Numbered from the whole stretch's first letter, positions 40,124-53,225 are shown. The stretch is DNA of 63,470 nucleotides, filler included, from Reticulomyxa filosa (GCA_000512085.1; 16 parts of 16 records of this genome joined end to end with filler, not necessarily neighbours in it); one strand, 5' to 3'. Made by a program: numbers and translations. The notes: generated by a model from the letters alone, not told the origin.

Positions 40124-40946
40124 TATTATTATTATTATTATTATTATTGTTATTATTATTGTTATTAGTGACGACCTCATTATTGTGTGGTCCTCCTTGT
40201 TGTTGTTGTTGTCGGGTCAACTCACGATGGACCCAGGATGGGAAGAGCCACGACGGAATGTGGTGTAGAGTGGGCGGCAGTGTGATACGACCCTGATAGC
40301 GCATGCACCAGGAGTGGTGTGTTTGCTCCTCGACAGAGTCCATTTCGCTGATGAAGGACATGTACTCGGGCCAGATGTTGTGTTGGAAGTTCCAACATTG
40401 CAGTCTGCGGAAGCACGCGATCGTCAGACCGGTGTAGTACGTGCCGTCCAGACAGTGCACGTACGCCGGCAGGTTCTCGTTGTTCACCAGCAGCGACAGC
40501 ACTTGGTCCACGATATCATAGGTTAGATGCAACTGGTTCTCCTCGTACTGACTCACTTTATAATAGTAATTACGTATGTTCTCGTCTTTGCAAAACGATC
40601 TCAGGTCTTGTGTCGGCGCTTCTGGCGTCAGCGATATTATGCTTTTCAAATGCAGTCGCTTCAGGTAACTCAGATTTATTAATGTCGGGTATGCGCCTCG
40701 ATAGATTGTTTCACCATTGTCGTTCTCGTTTGCTTTACACTGCTCCACTATTCCAAATAAAAACGGTGGGACTAATGGCTGTCGCAAACGCTTTTCGATC
40801 TTTCTCACCTCTCTTGCCGACAATGTGCGCACCCAAGTCTTCCAGATTGAGTCAAACGTTTCCGACAAGGGGTCATCACTCACGCTTAACGTCAAATGAG
40901 AGGGGGAGGAAGAGGAGAAAGGTTCGATATGATGGTCACTCATCAA
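40124..40946 (-). CDS. PFA-DSP/Siw14-family tyrosine-phosphatase-like protein (OCA6-like), partial
   Basis: LVPPFLFGIVE...IYRGAYP...LKRLHLKSIISLTPE...LPAYVHCLDGTYYTGLTIACFRRLQCW. The P-loop lacks the CX5R Arg. Confidence 0.85.
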
Positions 40947-41207
40947 GTCGCTCTAAAAAAAAAATAATAAATAATACCCCTCCCCCTCCCCCCTTTTCTT
41001 GGATTTGTGCTTCTCCCGTCTGCCTCCTTTCTCCTCTCCCTGTCGTCTTGTCTAGCGTTACAACGGCAAAAAAAAAAAAAAATTTATCCATATGACATGG
41101 TTGTTTGTTATAGAGCTGAAGTGCAGCTGTTATCTTCACTACTCCCGCGGGCTAACGCTTCGCAAGGAAACCACACTGCGTTTATGAGCAAAAAAAAAAA
41201 CTAAAAT

Positions 41208-41375
41208 ATGCAAGATATTATGACCGCTGCGGAAGGAGAAGATGGAGAGGGCACAATCGAAGATTTCCTAAAGAAGAGCAAGGTGAGAAATAGCCAACAG
41301 ACGGCAGAAGCGTTGAACGCGATGGGTGTGGTAGTGAAGGACTTGATGGGATGGCGAGAAAAGGACATTGAGTTG
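41208..41375 (+). CDS. First exon of a hypothetical (possibly SAM-like) protein
   Basis: MQDIMT...TIEDFLKK...AEALNAMGVVVKDLMGWREKDIE, then a GT donor and the contig end. Confidence 0.35.
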
Positions 41376-41381
41376 AGTTTT

Positions 41382-41416
<35 letters not shown>

Positions 41417-41516
41417 NNNNNNNNNNNNNNNNNNNNNNNNNNNNNNNNNNNNNNNNNNNNTTAATTAATTAANNNNNNNNNNNNNNNNNNNNNNNNNNNN
41501 NNNNNNNNNNNNNNNN

Positions 41517-42559
41517 CTGTCCATCTTTAAGATCTTGTGCACACAATTCCAAGACAAAATTGTCGGTAACACCAGAAACATCCAATTGTTTGGACAAAAT
41601 CCCAAGATATCAACTGTCTCTTTAGTCTGACCACTTTAATTTTTCTTTCCTTGCTGTCCTCTCGTACAAAGATCGCAAACATGTCTTTTTCAATCCAGTA
41701 AAACACTTGGCCTATTTCGCCTGTATCATCAGCTGCACCAACTTGGACAGAGTCCGTTTTGTTTATCGTCAGCATTGAATACCTCTTTTGAATTGCACCC
41801 AGAATTGTCCGTAGAAAGAATATGAAGAGGACTATTTGGACATATGTGTTGGAGTGGGGATTGTCATATTGGAAATGGCCGAATTTCGTGTCATTGCATG
41901 TCAACTATAGCTGAAGCAATGTCTGTAAGTGCGGCTGTTGTGTACGTTCCTCGGAGTCGGTAATGGAAAACTTCCTTGGCTGGTCTAAGTTTTCCATGGG
42001 CTGGACATCCTGAAAATAGTACAATATTTTTGTAATTGTTCATCAAATTCTGCAGTCAGTCATTGACCAACGTCAAGTGCAACGCTGCCTTGCAACCTTC
42101 GACTCACCTCCAGCAACGGCGTCGCACAATTTTGTGTTTTGTTGGGCTTTTGATTGGGTGATAGAATTTTGTAAAGTGTAATAAAAAAATAATTAAAAAA
42201 AAAACTTACATAAAATTCTTTTGATATGCTCTGCCTCAACATAAGGGCTGTGTGGTATCTTCCCCCTCCACAGGACCCAACTGTTGCACCTTTTGCTTCA
42301 AACTTGAGCGTCTGTCCATCCATGCATGTATCAATTGTCACTAAAAAAAAATGACATATTATATGTGCGTATATTTTTTCTTTTTTAAAAAAATGTGTCA
42401 TGCTATTGCTCGTAAATATAACAGTTTGCAAACTTTGGAAATATCTTTATTGGTGACACAGTTGTTTGCGTCAAAGGATTGATATACAAAGTCGTAATCA
42501 AAGTTTTTGTCCGCATCTTCATTTGATCTGTCAACCACAGAGAATTGTCTTGCATTTTC
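41517..42559 (-). pseudogene. Frameshifted fragment of a large gene of uncertain family
   Basis: Coding-like blocks alternate among the three minus frames across the whole contig. Confidence 0.35.
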
Positions 42560-42659
42560 NNNNNNNNNNNNNNNNNNNNNNNNNNNNNNNNNNNNNNNNN
42601 NNNTTAATTAATTAANNNNNNNNNNNNNNNNNNNNNNNNNNNNNNNNNNNNNNNNNNNN

Positions 42660-43659
42660 AATGATTACAATGGAGGAGATGCTAACAATGCAGGACAGTG
42701 GTTGGTGGATGTGACGCAACATTTGTGGAGCTCGATCCCATTGACGGAGGCATTACCCCACACTGGACACTTGTTTTTTCCTCAATCGACTTCGTTCCTT
42801 GTCAATTGTATGCAAACACAATTGCTGCCGCAACTATCCGATGATGATCACGCAAGACTGATCAATCAGCTGTTGCAGAGTGCTCGACAATTGGAGTTGC
42901 GACATCTCGGAGTGCAATATTTGAAGATGGTCGATTTCATTGACAAAGGGGAGCATTTCACGGATTTCAAACAGGGTCTTTTGGAAAATGAACAGTGTGT
43001 TCGGGATATTATTTCCAGCTATTCGAATAATCGCAATATATCCGACGGAGAGTATCCTATGTTTATTCGAGACTTGCTTGCTGCCATCAAACGCGTCGAA
43101 AGCATAAGTAAAGACACAAAACAACAGCATACGTATACTGCGTTGCTGCGCTCTTTGTATAATGAGAACAAAGAAAGTGTCATACTTCAGATGCAATTGT
43201 TGAGGGACATGTGCATCCATCAATGTGTGAACAACGATATATTGTCACTACAATCCAAGGACGCCGTGCTTCTCAATCGCTGCCTGGAAAAAATACTGCT
43301 GGAAGAGAATGCGAATGCAAACAATGCCCTCATCACTAATTGGGCACAATGGTGTCACGAACAGAGCCATGATCAACTCGAGTTGGTTATCCGCATTTCG
43401 CAGTTGAAAACGGATCTCAGCAAACTCATCTGGAATTTGACTAACATTGATATTTGCATGTTCGAAGTTGAACAAGAAAATAGAGCATACAATCTGATCA
43501 AACAAATGAGTGAACTGCTGTCGTCGGTCTTGATCTCCAACAGCTCATATAAACATATGCTGCACGTGTGGTTCCTAAAACAACTGTACGTGTGCAAGGG
43601 CATCCATTGGATCGAAATCCTATTCACACAACCGGCAATTCGACAGGCAATGCTTCTTT
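42660..43659 (+). CDS. Internal fragment of a giant helical protein, possibly RNF213-like
   Basis: The frame is open across the entire 1-kb contig. HVWFLKQLYVCKGIHWIE resembles the RNF213 RVYLVRKL..QRGMEFVQ segment (weak, by recollection). Confidence 0.55.
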
Positions 43660-44286
43660 NNNNNNNNNNNNNNNNNNNNNNNNNNNNNNNNNNNNNNNNN
43701 NNNTTAATTAATTAANNNNNNNNNNNNNNNNNNNNNNNNNNNNNNNNNNNNNNNNNNNNGTTGGCAGAGGAATGCATGAATTTGTTTTTTTTCATTAAAA
43801 AAAATGAGATTCATCATACATTTCTTTTGATGAAGAAATGAAATAAGATTGCTTTCGATTTGAGTTACTTTATCACTTTTTATTGGACTACATAAAGCAC
43901 ATAATATGCTGGATTGGTTCAACATGTTTCCAATAAGCCCTTTATGTAGTTCCAAGCTCTGACTTTCATCATTATCGTCATATGAGAAACTCAATATGGA
44001 AAACAATATAGATTGTATCCTGTCAGTAAAAAACTGATTGTAAGTTTCATTTCAACCAATTTTAATAAACATTTATCTTGTAATATTTGGTTGTACTATT
44101 GAATTTTCACCGTTTGATAGTATTATATATTTTTGTTTCAATCTAATGCAAAACAATGGATTTATGATATATTGAAAGATCCAAATTATTGTGTTTCAAG
44201 TGAAATGAAATTTAATTGTTATGTCGATATTTCACAATTGCAAAGCAATAGCAATAATATTAAATAATATGTACATATACAATATA

Positions 44287-44567
44287 CAATCGACAGCAAA
44301 AAAAAAGACCACCCTAAAATATATCATTATAAATATTTACAATTTTTTTGATGAAAAAACGTTAATTTTTCATCAAAAAAATTGTAAATATTTATAATGA
44401 TGTACAGCAGGTTGCAAAGAAAACTGAACGCATAAAACGATATCCTATGATGATGATTGATTTTCTCCATGAAAAATCAATTATCATCATAGGATATCGT
44501 TTTATGCGTTCAGTTTTCTTTGCAACTTACTGTATTTTAGTGTGGTCTTTTTTTTTGCAGTCGATTG
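44287..44567. mobile_element. Nested palindromic element A-BB'-CC'-A' (MITE/foldback-like)
   Basis: Outer inverted repeat 44287-44321/44533-44567 (33/35 identical) encloses hairpin B (~44320-44404) and hairpin C (~44403-44534). TA lies at each junction. Related fragments occur at 12961-13007 and 54773-54791. Confidence 0.8.
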
Positions 44568-45087
44568 CAAAAAAAATTTAAAGTTAAAAGATAGTTTTAT
44601 TGTGCTGTCTTTGAATTTGAAATGACACAAAGACTAGATTTTAATTTATTGTAAGAAATGATATTCATTTTGTGACAAATTCAAAAGTTTCAATTGATGT
44701 TTTTTCCTAAATTTCTCTGTGATACAATAATTGATTTTTAACTTTTTTAATAAAATCTACACTTAAATGCACAAAAGAAAAGAAGTTCTCCAAAAATTTT
44801 TCAATGGTGACTTGTCTTCTCGCTAAAGAACGACTAGCTAAAAAATTTTCCACACAAACATTAAAATTTCTAACTATTGCTTTTTAAATTTATTTTAATC
44901 TTTTCCTTTGAAGACGCGTTTTCTTTTGAAAATCATTTTTGTTTGTCGGAGGAATAAAATTAATTACAATGAAACTTTTGAAAGAGAAGAGGAGAAAATT
45001 ATGAAAGCCAAGAAAAAATAGATTTAATTTTTATTTAAATTTTGTATTTTATTCTACGTGCGCTCCTTTTCCCCAAATAAAATTATT

Positions 45088-46123
45088 TCATTGAGATGCT
45101 TGCGTACCTTGTACAGAAGCTTTTCTGTCAAGAGGCAGCGGCTGTCCTTCCACCCTTAAATACTTCAACATCGATTTGTAATCACTAAGTTCTTTGTCTT
45201 CTTTGGCTAGAAAGCTAATGACATGGACGGTTTCATTGTCAACGCCACAGCTCGCGGCACGTTTCATGTACATGTTCGGACTGCAAAGATCATAATTAAT
45301 GACGACATTGCATTCAAATTTCCACAAGTCATGCAGTCCCCGTTGTCTGTCAGAGCAGAGTAATCCTTTCACTTTTCGCGACCGCACTTGGGAAAAGAAT
45401 TTGTCCATGTCCTCGTGAGGGTTGCAATCGTAAAGAGCCACTTCGCTTTGGCTTAGTATGGATTGCAAGGATTGAGCCTAGCAATTTTTTTTTTTCTCTC
45501 AATAATATTTTGTAATCACAAAAAAAAAAAAAAAATGCAATAAATGGAATAACTTTGGAAAAAAATTTGACAAAAATAAGTGCTTTCTCGAACGGGTTGG
45601 AATTACACAACTGATGCAACGATAAGAATTTGCAAGCTTGATTATCACACTCTACGTACCAATGCATTAACTGCTGACGCGAGAAATTTTTAATTAGGGG
45701 CTCTGTTCTTCCTTCTTCGCCAATGATTTTCATAAGATCACGTTCCAGAACATCATTCCAAATGTTGCTAAACAGCAGAATTTTGACACCCAACTGGCCG
45801 CCTACCAAATGCCGACTGTTGTTCTTTTGTGCATTCCACATATCCGCAGGAGTGCATTGTATATTCAGCACCTGTTGAAGCACACTGATGAAACTCGACT
45901 GTCGCAAGCAAAAGAACGACTCCGCTTGCAATATGATGAAGCACCTCAAGTATTGCAGCATTTGGCTTTGCGACTCAGACGTCAGAAGCAGAGAGCCAAA
46001 GCTGTCAGGTGTGCCAACAAACAAGTGTTGGCCTTTTTGAAGGCGTTGAGGGTCCGGGAAGGGCCGCTTCGGATTTGCTGCGTGCACTCGGAAGTTGCAT
46101 ACTGAGTGCGCTCGTTCGAGCCA
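45088..46123 (-). CDS. Degenerate DEAD-box (eIF4A-like) helicase, 3' part; exons 46123..45554 and 45477..45088
   Basis: Motif order is preserved: LFVGTPDS (Ib), FIILQAE (II), ILLFSNI (III), LMHWYVEC, KALIFV (IV), LLCSDRQRGL (V), VVINYDL, YMKRAASCG (VI), VISFL. Confidence 0.75.
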
Positions 46124-46150
46124 CTAGGATAATAATATAATTCACCCAAT

Positions 46151-46185
<35 letters not shown>

Positions 46186-48214
46186 NNNNNNNNNNNNNNN
46201 NNNNNNNNNNNNNNNNNNNNNNNNNNNNNTTAATTAATTAANNNNNNNNNNNNNNNNNNNNNNNNNNNNNNNNNNNNNNNNNNNNTCTTTTTTTTTTTCG
46301 TAGTAGTGGTACTCATTCTTTCATTAACTTTTCTCAGGAAAAACAATTTAACTTTTGAGTCCCCCTTAAATTGTACTTTTTTGGACAGACTACGTTCAAA
46401 CTTTCTCTATTCATTTATTTATACCAAAAAAACATATATTGATCGAGTAACAAAATCTTACTTTTGAGGATTAAATGTTTTAAGTTTTCGCTGTTGTCAG
46501 AAATTAACAAAAATAAACTGTTTCTGTTTAAATATAAGGTATTACGAAATGTCTTTGTCAAAAATTACAAAAAAGCGATTGAATGAATATATTTAGCTTC
46601 GAGATTTTTCTACAAATCATTATATTCAAATTTTAGATTATGTTGTCTATAGCATCTTTGCGTGGTATGTCCTAGAAACATCGAATAGAAGCAACTAGTT
46701 TAAACTGTTTTGGAGTAGTAATAATTTATTCAAGACAAAAAACAAGTGTCAGTTTTACATTAAAGAAAATAATTGTGTATGTATCATATAATTGACTCTC
46801 TTTTTGATTGCATTTCAAAAACTAAGATCAATTTTTAATATTTTTTCCCATTCCAGACAACAGAAGAAGTAAATGTGATGATGATTTTTGCGTTATTACT
46901 AAGTTTTTATGAAATTGCTTGTCAGAATTTCACTGATGAACAGAAGATAAAAATGTTTATTTTTTCTTTCAACCTATTATTTTACAAATCTTATTTATTT
47001 TATCTTTTCTTTATAGTTTATATTTTATTTACATTTAACTCATTTAAGTTGGAAGTTGCACAAATCTCGAAAAATTTTTGGTATGTATCAATATAAATTT
47101 GATTGTAATTTTTCCATATCTGTGATATTGTCTTTTTTTCGAGCTTATTGTCAAAACTTCTGAATAAACGCATCAAATAATGCTGTTCTTGTAAATTTGT
47201 GCTGTGTGCAGTATTTGTTAAAATTTTTGTTAATAAAAAAAAGAAAAGAAATCACGTAAAATGTATTGCTACGTGTTCTCCGTTAGCCATGTTAAGACAT
47301 CTTTCGTCTTTTCAACATCTTGCTGAAACCATTCCAATGCTTCTCTTCATTAATCTTGCGAAACATTTTTTGACATGATGAGTTGATTGTAAAAAAAATC
47401 CTTTTTCTTTATTTGAACGTAATTGTTTAGTAGAGATTACATATAACAACAATAATAATTCCAACTATGTTTTAGTTGATATTATTACAAGAAGAAAGAT
47501 ATTCGAGTGTACGATAAAATTATCTTTTTTATCTGATAACAGCCAATAATTCTATTTTAGAAATGTCAACAAAATATTGTTATTATATCGTCCACTCCAA
47601 AAAAAATGCAAAGAGTAAATTATATCAATAATATACAGGTTCTTTCAAGTTCAAATTCTACAATTTTTTCGCATTTATTAAAAAAATTGTATTTAAATTC
47701 CTATTTGCGTTAGAATACAGAAAACGCATGTCTTTCATTATAGTCAATGATAATGTTTTTACAATCTATTTTTCATTAAAAAAGAGTATAATTCTGAGAC
47801 AACAGTATTTCTTTTTAAAAAGATCAACTTTTTTCATGTCATCTTCCTTTTGAAAAATTGAACAACTTGGATATTTTGTATTATTTTAGTTTTTTTCAAT
47901 TCAACAAACTATTTTTTTTATTTATGCAATGTTCCAATATTCTCTTCCAAGACTAAAACGTAAACACAAATTAATGCAGAAAAATTTTCACTCCAATTCA
48001 AAAATTACAAAAGCTTTGAATTAATTGAATTTTTTAAACATTCTTGATGTAAAATGATTATGCTTATTGCTTATACAGATTTCGATGCAGCAATGTGGTT
48101 TATAGTTATGAAAANNNNNNNNNNNNNNNNNNNNNNNNNNNNNNNNNNNNNNNNNNNNTTAATTAATTAANNNNNNNNNNNNNNNNNNNNNNNNNNNNNN
48201 NNNNNNNNNNNNNN

Positions 48215-48722
48215 ATTTGATCAGATAACGGTTTTTCCAATATTCCCAAATTTGGTGCATTTAAATCTGCAAGACATCAAAATTGGCACATGTTTCAAAT
48301 CCATTAATGTGAAAGGATTGATGCCACAATTGAAAACGCTGAAAGTCAAAAGATTGCAGATAGGATTGTGTAAATATTGCAATTGGAAGCAAGTGATCCA
48401 AGCGGCTGAATTGTGTGATTTTGACGACAGTAAACCTTTGTTAATACCTTTTCCTCATTCTTCATCTTGGCATCAGCAAAACCGAGATTGTTCTACAATT
48501 AAATTTCTTAACCATTTGCTACTATCTTGCCCAAATTTATTGGCACTTTATTACTTTGGTACGCACAGGATATCAGAGGAGATACTCGAAATTCCATCAA
48601 CTTTGGAGTGGTTGATAATAAATGGCGATACAGGGTGGCATGGACCATTCTCTGTTCGATTAGATTTGAGTCAATGCAAGCATATCAATGGATTAAGTTT
48701 AAGTATTTTTTTTACAAAAAAT
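48215..48722 (+). repeat. Terminal direct repeat, copy 1 (identical to 54158-54665)
   Basis: The first 508 bp of the contig equal its last 508 bp; the ORF translations are identical; period 5943 bp. Confidence 0.95.
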
Positions 48723-49241
48723 GAAACAATTTAATGTATTTAGAAAAAAACAGGTTGGAATCCTTCTTTTGTCAAATGGCCGACGGAAACAATGTTAAAG
48801 ATTGGATGGCTGAAGATTGAACGTCAAGAAGACATTAAATACTGGGATGATTTGTTATCATTACCCACAAAGCCTTGCGATGTGAAACTTTGTGCACTTC
48901 GATCAACTATGAATATATATGATTTGACATCTGATAACTCGATCTTTCCTCATCAATCTCGTTTCACTAGCGAACAAACAATTGCTAAAAAGCCAGGAAT
49001 AAATTACAGAGATGCTGAACGATTTTTAAAATGCCGGAAAAATACAAAAGTTAAACAATTACTCCATTACTCGAGCAATCACTATCAGACTCATTCCAAA
49101 GAAATTGATACTTTCCAGAGATCAATGCTTTTTTTTAAAAAAGTTGTCAAGATTATGGGAATTGATAATACCAAAGTGGAGGAGTACCAAAGATGGTTTG
49201 ATATTAATGAAGCTCGTTGGATTCTCGATTTGTTGTGGTAG
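48215..49241 (+). CDS. 3' half of the F-box protein gene whose 5' half is at 53226-54665
   Basis: Starts mid-exon with LRR-like FPNLVHLNL, MPQLKTLKV, CPNLLALY. The last exon 48754..49241 joins in frame. Confidence 0.8.
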
Positions 49242-49581
49242 GCGTGCAAAACTCGAAACTTTTGAAAGAGAAATATTCCTCAGTCAACCACCTGCCTTAA
49301 ATACACTTTTTTTTTTCCCTTAATTCTTGTCTTGTGAAATTCGCGTACTGTGTCTTTCTTAATTAAATAATATTGTTAATTGACAAAAACGCAACAATTT
49401 CGTTAGGGTTTGAGATAGAGAAAGGTATGTACGTTATAAACGAAACGACTTGAAAACAAAGGATTGTAATTTGCAATGAAATATACAATCAAAAATGAGC
49501 ATTTAAATTTACAGAAAAGTACGTTTTCATAAGTACAAAAAATCTTCATTTTCTATAAAACATAATGTAATTCAAATAATG

Positions 49582-50903
49582 TTATCCCCAAATACAAATT
49601 GAACTATTTTTTGAACCATAACACAAATTATAACTTTTTTTATTAGGTAGGAACTTAAGACATAATACTCCGCCTTCTTCATAATATTCATGTACTACAT
49701 ATAATACATCATTTGTTCGAATATCCCAAAACCGAATTCTTTTATCAGATGATCCAGAACATATCACATTTGAATGACCACCAATTCCAATATTATTTGC
49801 AACAAATGGTGAAAATTCAACAGCATTCACACAAAATGCGTGCCCAATAAATATTCGAATTTGTTTACCAGATCGAATATCCCACAAACGAATGCTGTCA
49901 TCTTCTGATCCAGATAATATCGTATTCCCTAATGCATTTGAACCATATTTTACACTACTTACGTAATATTTATGTCCCTTAAATACAATAAGCTGTTTAG
50001 TTGTTTCAATATCCCACATACGAATAGTCCTATCATATGACCCAGAACAAAATGTATATCCATTACCACCAATCAAACCAATACTGTCATTGCCATTGCT
50101 TTGCAATGGTGAAATATCCACACATTTAACAATATCGGTGTGTCCATTGAAAATATGTAATGGTTTTGATGTTTCAGCATCCCATAAACGAATTGTTTTG
50201 TCGCTAGATACAGAATACAAATATCGACCACTATTAAATTGTGAAAATTCAATACCATTAACACCAAGAGTGTGACCATTAAATGTTTGGAATTGTTTAT
50301 TATCTTTGATATCCCAAGAACGAATGGTTTTATCTTCTGATGAAGAACAAATGACATTGCGGCGATTATTACGATTGTGATATTGTGAAAATTTCACACA
50401 ATACACAAAAGATGAATGTCCATTGAATGATTGAATTTGTTTGTTAGTCTCAATATCCCATACACGAACTGTATTATCATCTGATCCAGAACAAAGTAAT
50501 TGACAATTACCAAATGTTGAATAATCAATACTATTCACCGGTCCGTTATGTTCATAAAAAATTGAAGATACTTTGGCAGATGAAAAAAACGTATCAAGCA
50601 TTAAAACAGCAATTGTCTATATTAAGTGATTATAATGAGTAGTAACAATAAATGTTTGAACATTTGATTGGTATTGAATAAAAAATATAAACAAGAACAT
50701 AACATAGTCGATAACAAGCTTGTCAAAACCATGGATCCGTTCTAGTTTAATGTTGAATATTCGAATCCAATGTTTAATAATTAATTGAGCCTTTTCTTCT
50801 TCTGACCGATACGTCTTAAACAACACACGTCAAGTAGTAAGACAACAGCTTTTTGAAGGGTTAAAATGAAACTTACCACTTTTTTGCTGAGATGATTACC
50901 CAT
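49582..50903 (-). CDS. WD40-repeat protein, 3 exons, N-terminus MGNHLSKK (possible myristoylation)
   Basis: Repeated GH...CSGS.D.TIR.WD units; upstream exon EEEKAQLIIKHWIRIFNIKLERIHGFDKLVIDY. Confidence 0.92.
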
Positions 50904-51386
50904 TTTTTAGTTTTGTTTTCTCTTGAATTCCTCTTAGATGATGACTTATAATGAAGAAAAGTGGTTCAAATGTGATACGCCCTGGATCAGGCGATTTTAC
51001 AACTCGTTTTCGGTATATTTGATCAAATAAGAATAATTTGTGTGTGATCGATGGACAGGGTCAGAGAGTGGTGGAATATCATGTCTTAAATTTATACTGC
51101 CAAAAAAGAAGGAGATGAATAACAGAAATACAAATTATGAGTATGATTTGAAATTGTGTTATGGTTCATATCACGATCATATTTCTTTTTGGGGATAAAT
51201 TGTTTTTCTAGTAATAAATGAAAGTGTTTTCTGAAAGATTTGATATTAAATTTATTTGAATGCAAAATTTTGAAAATCTTTTTTCTTTGCTCTTTAAAAA
51301 AATTTAGAAAAAAGGTGCCACAAAAGTGCAAAGTTTTTTTTCTATCATTGAAAATTGATTCAAGAACATCAAAAAAGAGTTGTAGA

Positions 51387-52548
51387 ATGAGTACTACCAC
51401 TTCCAATGAAAAAGAGATGACAGCATCACAGTTGGTAAGGTTTCTTTATCTTTGTTTTCAAGCATAAAATTGAGTTACGTGTGTTGGACACAGCCAGAAA
51501 AAGATATTAAAAAAATTATTCAAAACTGGATCCGAATTTTAGATATCAAATTGGGATGGATTAATGATTTTGATAAAATTGTTTTCAAATATGTTAAATT
51601 TTTTTTAATTTTTAGAATGCTTAAAATGAAAGTGTATTATTACTATTAACAAACAAAATTCATAACTAGGCAAAATATTTTGAATTGCAAAAAGTATTAA
51701 AAGCACATAAATATGAAGTAACCAGAGTAAAATTTTCACCAGACAGTTGTAAGATTGTTTCAGCATCATGGGATAAGACAGTTCGAATATGGGATGCTGC
51801 ATCTGGAACACAAATCCAAAAATTTGTAGGACATATGCAGTGGGTTAATGCTGCAGAATTTTCACCAGATGGAAATACAGTTATTTCATGTTCAAATGAT
51901 ACAACAATTCGATTGTGGGACATAAAATCAAAAGCAGAATTAGTGTGCTTGAAAGCACATATATATTCAATAGCTGATGTAACATTTTCTCCAGATGGTA
52001 AAACTATAGTTTCAGGTGTATCTGATAATACAATACAAATATGGGATATACATTCTGAAAAACAAATCCAAACATTGATTGGTCATTCAAATAGCATAAG
52101 CAGTGTACAATTTTCACCAGATGGTCAAATGATTATGTCAGCATCTTGTGACGACACAATTGTTTTATGGAATGCAAAATCAGGTGAAAAATTGAAAGTG
52201 TTAAAAGGACACACTAATACTGTAAAATGTGCATGCTTTTCTCCAGACAGTAGATTTATTGCATCGTGCTCACACGATAACACAATTCGAATATGGGATG
52301 CCGAATCAGGAGAAGAATTGAAAATATTAAAAGGACATTTAGGTTATGTCAATGCTGTGCAATATTTTCCAGATGGCCGAAGTATTGTATCTTGTTCGAG
52401 TGATAAAACAATTCGATTGTGGGATGTAAAAACAGGCAATGAAATTCAGCAATTAGATGCTCCCGACAAACCATCATATGTGGATGTCTCACATGATGGT
52501 AATACAATTGTGTCAAGTACTTGGCAAAATATTCATATTTGGAGGTAA
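51387..52548 (+). CDS. WD40-repeat protein; join(51387..51434,51494..51592,51670..52548)
   Basis: Seven GH...FSPDG..IVS.S.D.TIR.WD repeats; middle exon [29 protein letters not shown]. Confidence 0.93.
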
Positions 52549-53225
52549 TACAAAGGACAATATTTCAAGGAAAATTTGTAATTTTTTTGTTTTTGTTTTC
52601 AATTAAAATTCAAACAATTTTCAACATGAATATTGTTTGCACAAAAGATGAACATTGTGTTCACAATTAATTTGAAGTGATTTATCTGCTTAGATACAAG
52701 GACAAAATTGTTTGATTACTAAGTTCTTTTCATTCTAAATTATGCGTATGTCCCGTCTGCTTCATTTCAATTGGATTGTGCTTAAACAAGGTAGGTATAA
52801 AAATAGACCAGATAATGTCTTAGCCTTCTTCCTTTTCTATTCTTTTTGCTTGTTTTCTAAATTTTGCATCTGTGCACCAAATCCATTGACCTCTTTTTTC
52901 TTTCTTCTGAGCAAACATTGATCTTTTTTTATTTCCATTTATTTTCTCAAAAAATGAGATTGCATCAAGTAAAGTTTAATGTTCAACTATTTAGTTTACG
53001 ATAATTGTATAAGAGAAGTGATATTTCAAATTAGATTAAAAACGAATATCTATTTTAGTGTTATGAGATATCAGCTTCAAATTCACATCAAGTCTTTTAT
53101 CTGAAAATTGCAGTCATCGGATTCACGATATGATCCGAGAATACGTTTTAGTTGTAAGTGAACCTAAATTTTTTTTTAACTTTATTTAAAAAAAAGTCGT
53201 CTAGATAATAAAAGAAACAGGCAAG

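Noticed and set aside
43760-44100. Minus-strand fragment with faint resemblance to the ATP synthase alpha N-terminus
   Set aside because: No diagnostic motif; too weak to call.
46286-48114. AT-rich contig with hydrophobic stop-riddled frames
   Set aside because: No supportable gene model or family; probably intergenic or a heavily decayed pseudogene.
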